DNA of 63,971 nucleotides, counting the filler, from Octopus bimaculoides (taxonomy: Eukaryota): the NCBI RefSeq assembly GCF_001194135.2. It is 8 parts of 7 records of this genome, joined end to end, with 100 filler letters (N's around TTAATTAATTAA, not from the genome) between each part and the next. Parts side by side here need not be neighbours in the genome. Positions count along the whole stretch, not along the records: positions 61,647 to 63,971 come from NC_068987.1; 7 more parts are not named here. One strand, 5' to 3'. A program made the translations under genes and the position numbers. This document shows, piece by piece, positions 62,531 to 63,971 of this stretch. The notes under the pieces are model-generated. The model ran no database searches and was not told where the DNA came from. It saw nothing but the letters and a program-made list of their open reading frames with translations. Numbering within the stretch: the stretch's first letter is position 1; every line of letters begins with the position of its first letter.

Positions 62531-63647
62531 TACACACAATACATATATAATCACATATAAGGATCAATATTTACATACATATAATAAACATTATATACAT
62601 AATTGTGTATATTTTATTTTGGTCGAGTCAGCCTCTCACTACTCTGAGTTTCGCCTGCAGGCACACAAAGTCTTCAAGCAAGTTGTGAGTACAACTTGTG
62701 TGTGTGTGTGAGTGTGTGTATAATATAGGTAGAACTATTAGAATGTCTCATTAACTACGTTTGTATGTGTGTGTATATATATATATATATATATAGATAT
62801 ATATATAGATAGATAGATAGACACACACACACACCTTTTATATAGATATATTTTATATAAGAAAAAAATATACAGGGTAGGAAAATTATAGAACTTTTTC
62901 TACCAGTGGCCTAGCATGGTTTTGATTTTGACTGGTCCTTCTAGCATGTTAGGTGTCCTGTCAGGGCACCTCTNNNNNNNNNNNNNNNNNNNNNNNNNNN
63001 NNNNNNNNNNNNNNNNNNNNNNNNNNNNNNNNNNNNNNNNNNNNNNNNNNNNNNNNNNNNNNNNNNNNNNNNNNNNNNNNNNNNNNNNNNNNNNNNNNNN
63101 NNNNNNNNNNNNNNNNNNNNNNNNNNNNNNNNNNNNNNNNNNNNNNNNNNNNNNNNNNNNNNNNNNNNNNNNNNNNNNNNNNNNNNNNNNNNNNNNNNNN
63201 NNNNNNNNNNNNNNNNNNNNNNNNNNNNNNNNNNNNNNNNNNNNNNNNNNNNNNNNNNNNNNNNNNNNNNNNNNNNNNNNNNNNNNNNNNNNNNNNNNNN
63301 NNNNNNNNNNNNNNNNNNNNNNNNNNNNNNNNNNNNNNNNTATGTATATATACATGTATATATATATACATGTATATGTGTATATATATATGTGCATATA
63401 CATATATATATATGTGTATATATATATGTATATACATATATATACACTCACACACATATATATATTGTACAAATTACGTGGATTTGTGAAATAGATCGGC
63501 TTTTGATGGGTGAAGAAAGGAAGACAGAATGAATTTTCTAAGGTGGTTCGAAGGCGTCTAGAATGTGAGGGGGGATGCCGTTTACCATAAACAGACAACG
63601 GTCCTGATTACACACACACGCACATATGTGAATGTCTAATGTATGTA

Positions 63648-63681
<34 letters not shown>

Positions 63682-63930
63682 CATACATACATATATCTAT
63701 CTATCTATCTCTCTCTGTATATATATATATATATATATATAGTTCGACAAGATATATACTGTTTTGTACTAATGATTATATTGTTACAATCCTAGCATTG
63801 TATTCGAGCTCTCTGTTCTATGTGCGCAGACAGCTTCGTTTTGAACTTGTCACACTCTGAAATAATGATAATAATATATATGTATAGAGAGAGAGATAAA
63901 TACATAGATATAGGGTGTATATACATACAT

Positions 63931-63971
<41 letters not shown>

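Noticed and set aside
115-63860. Most supplied ORFs (poly-YI, HT, CV, LS, N/I, T/V, X-rich)
   Set aside because: They are translations of microsatellites or read-through of N gaps; no coding evidence.

Overview
AT-rich, gap-ridden (many N runs) eukaryotic scaffold segment with no intact protein-coding gene visible. It is dominated by microsatellites and at least six tRNA-derived SINE families (about 40 copies or fragments). The SINE and microsatellite make-up and the TTAATTAATTAA gap spacers point to an octopus (probably O. bimaculoides) assembly; this is inference, not a database result. DNA transposon relics: mariner (including a fold-back element made of two 5' ends), a DD36E Tc1 element, maT DD37D, a pogo/Tigger-like MITE, DINE-1/HINE-like elements and a Helitron fragment. 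Non-LTR relics: Tx1/L1-like (x2), CRE-clade RLE, CR1-like and RTE-like with C2H2 fingers. The most notable signal is RNA-level. A near-canonical full-length type I hammerhead ribozyme lies at 59548-59613 (+) in apparently non-repetitive, hairpin-rich sequence. A minimal Penelope-type hammerhead forms the tail of a tRNA-headed SINE at 21487-21783 (+). A decayed hammerhead-like motif lies at ~10695-10740 (-). A few weak candidate exons and one promoter/first-exon signal suggest the window is largely intronic. Most ORFs in the supplied track are microsatellite or N-gap artefacts. SINE coordinates are approximate (+/-10 nt), and SINE family letters A-G are my own labels.
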